From the IMG/VR virus record IMGVR_UViG_3300046786_000293, positions 274,511 to 338,510 of that record: a stretch of DNA of 64,000 nt, one strand, 5' to 3'. Below the pieces are notes generated by a model. It saw only the letters and a program-made list of their open reading frames with translations, did not search any database and was not told where the DNA came from. Below are positions 62,356 through 64,000 of this stretch, piece by piece; the stretch's first letter is position 1; each line of letters starts with the position of its first letter. Made by a program: the position numbers and the translations under genes. Source of the DNA: a virus. Lineage: Duplodnaviria > Caudoviricetes.

Positions 62356-64000
62356 TTATAATATCACTGCTTCAATCATTTTTTCACCGATATCGTCGCT
62401 CGATTCTAATGCTATACCAAATACATCATTAGAGTGAGGTACACCTGCAACTGCACATCCGTTATTGTGAGCAATAAGTCGTTGACCTTTTCTAACTATG
62501 CCAACCACTCTTACTGGTACACGACCCTTTAGTGCAACTGCTTGACCATTTGCTTCGTTATTCATTAAGTAAGCAGGTTTTTCGCTGATTACACCAATTG
62601 CTCGGTCCCCGTAATTACTAGAAGTTACTTCGGCATCGCCACCCACAACTATTACAGTGCCCACTGGATATTCTTTATCTGTAACATATTTTTCTGCCAA
62701 GTCGGCATAGTTTGCTTGATTACTAACTGTAGTTAATATACCAGAACTAGGATTAAAACTTAATTTGGTAGTCGATGCTGTAGCAGTCTGGTTACTGCCT
62801 GTTGATCCCACAAATACTGGATAGAAAGCTGCATTAGTTGTTATGTCGTTAGTAGCATTAATTGTTGTACTTGGCCCAGTGGGTCCTTGTGGTCCAGTAT
62901 TTCCGATTGGTCCAATTGGGCCCTGTGGTCCTTGCGGCCCTGTATTACCGATTGGTCCAATAGGTCCTTGTGGCCCTTGTGGCCCTGTATTACCGATTGG
63001 TCCAATTGGGCCCTGTGGTCCTTGCGGCCCTGTATTACCGATTGGTCCAATAGGTCCTTGTGGCCCTTGTGGACCTGTATTACCGATAGGTCCAATTGGT
63101 CCTTGTGGCCCTTGTGGCCCTGTATTACCGATTGGTCCAATTGGGCCCTGTGGACCTTGTGGTCCGCGTGGCCCTTGTGGTCCTGTATTACCGATAGGTC
63201 CAATTGGTCCTTGTGGTCCTGTGTTACCGATAGGCCCAATTGGTCCTTGTGGTCCTTGTGGCCCTGTATTACCGATAGGCCCAATTGGTCCTTGCGGTCC
63301 TATAGGTCCTTGTGGTCCTTGTGGTCCTTGCGGCCCTGTGTTACCGATAGGACCAATTGGTCCTTGCGGTCCAGTTGGTCCTTGTGGTCCTTGTGGCCCT
63401 GTGTTACCAATAGGCCCAGTTGGCCCTTGCGGCCCGGTTGGTCCTTGCGGCCCGGTGCTTCCTATTGGTCCTTGTGGTCCTTGTGGTCCTTGCGGCCCGG
63501 TGCTTCCTATTGGTCCTTGTGGCCCTTGTGGTCCCTGAGGTCCTGTATTGCCGATAGGTCCGATAGGACCTTGTGGACCTTGTGGTCCAGTTGGCCCTTG
63601 TACACCCTGATTACCTTGCGGACCTTGTGGGCCAGTGGGTCCCTGTGGTCCTAAATCACCTTGTGGTCCTTGCGGACCTGTGCTACCTTGTGGGCCAGTA
63701 GGTCCTTGTGGGCCGGGAACGTTACTTACACCGCTAGGTCCTTGTGGTCCTTGCGGGCCCTGTGGCCCTTGAGGTCCTCCTGCAGGACCAATTGGTCCCT
63801 GTGGCCCTTGCGGGCCCTGTGGACCAGAACCAGATCCTTCGGGACCTTGTGGCCCTTGTACACCCTGTGGTCCGTGCGGCCCAGTTTCGCCCTGTGGGCC
63901 TTGTGGACCGGTATTACCAATCGGTCCTTGAGGTCCTTGGACACCTTGATTTCCTTGTGGTCCTTGCGGGCCAACTGTTCCTTGTGGTCCTTGCACACCT
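62356..64000 (-). CDS. collagen-like tail fibre with a C-terminal chaperone/peptidase-like domain (5' end outside the window)
   Basis: Uninterrupted G-X-Y run; C-terminal [34 protein letters not shown]; frame open to the window edge. Confidence 0.85.
   Translation of the reverse strand, partial: GVQGPQGTVGPQGPQGNQGVQGPQGPIGNTGPQGPQGETGPHGPQGVQGPQGPEGSGSGPQGPQGPQGPIGPAGGPQGPQGPQGPQGPSGVSNVPGPQGPTGPQGSTGPQGPQGDLGPQGPTGPQGPQGNQGVQGPTGPQGPQGPIGPIGNTGPQGPQGPQGPIGSTGPQGPQGPQGPIGSTGPQGPTGPQGPTGPIGNTGPQGPQGPTGPQGPIGPIGNTGPQGPQGPQGPIGPQGPIGPIGNTGPQGPQGPIGPIGNTGPQGPIGPIGNTGPQGPRGPQGPQGPIGPIGNTGPQGPQGPIGPIGNTGPQGPQGPIGPIGNTGPQGPQGPIGPIGNTGPQGPQGPIGPIGNTGPQGPQGPIGPIGNTGPQGPTGPSTTINATNDITTNAAFYPVFVGSTGSNQTATASTTKLSFNPSSGILTTVSNQANYADLAEKYVTDKEYPVGTVIVVGGDAEVTSSNYGDRAIGVISEKPAYLMNNEANGQAVALKGRVPVRVVGIVRKGQRLIAHNNGCAVAGVPHSNDVFGIALESSDDIGEKMIEAVIL
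62878..64000 (-). repeat. collagen triplet repeat ([12 protein letters not shown])
   Basis: Tandem 9-nt codon units; higher-order unit [15 protein letters not shown]. Confidence 0.95.

Noticed and set aside
62841-63998. Cys-rich (GPCGPC), Trp-rich and His-rich ORFs in other frames of the collagen region
   Set aside because: They are shadows of the G-X-Y codon repeat on the opposite strand or in shifted frames.
1-64000. tRNA/rRNA genes, integrase, transposase, inteins or introns
   Set aside because: Intergenic gaps are short, I saw no cloverleaf or T-loop signature, and the polymerase, ClpA and FolE are of normal length and uninterrupted.

Overview
This window is a 64 kb piece of a large, AT-rich, T4-like tailed dsDNA phage genome. 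The host is probably a Gram-negative bacterium, judged from the spanin pair, lipoproteins, sigma70 promoters and a Bug/TctC protein. Nearly all genes are on the minus strand. From left to right it contains: (1) RNase H/5'-exonuclease; (2) a ~16 kb 7-deazaguanine DNA-modification region (folE, queD, queE, yhhQ, a DpdL-like T-fold protein and a DpdA-like transglycosylase; no queC in the window), interleaved with a GT-B glycosyltransferase, a short DegT-type aminotransferase, two dehydrogenases, a radical SAM enzyme, a PRTase, MazG and methyltransferases, with a preQ1-I-like RNA leader before queD; (3) a probable sliding clamp and a family-B DNA polymerase; (4) glycosyltransferase-like genes, Dps and a candidate structured RNA; (5) a ~10 kb run of probable capsid-packaged internal proteins. 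These carry T4-like N-terminal targeting leaders and are built from modules joined by a G-V-A-E-G linker that is conserved at the DNA level; the modules include Zn ribbons, LysM/M15 peptidase, a deaminase, an HExxH protease and a HIGH nucleotidyltransferase; (6) ClpA, DnaJ and a lysis cassette (GH19 endolysin, spanins); (7) a sulfotransferase-like/2OG-oxygenase/TctC/methyltransferase module, PhoH, a HAD nucleotidase, a clamp loader, a cytidylyltransferase, GroES, a DnaE fragment and a second MazG; (8) baseplate/tail genes and a collagen-like fibre cut off at the right edge. The two strongest leads are the repeat-linked cargo polyprotein system (26770-36726) and a possibly glycosylated 7-deazaguanine modification controlled by a variant riboswitch. 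All calls come from motif recognition by eye; no database searches were run.
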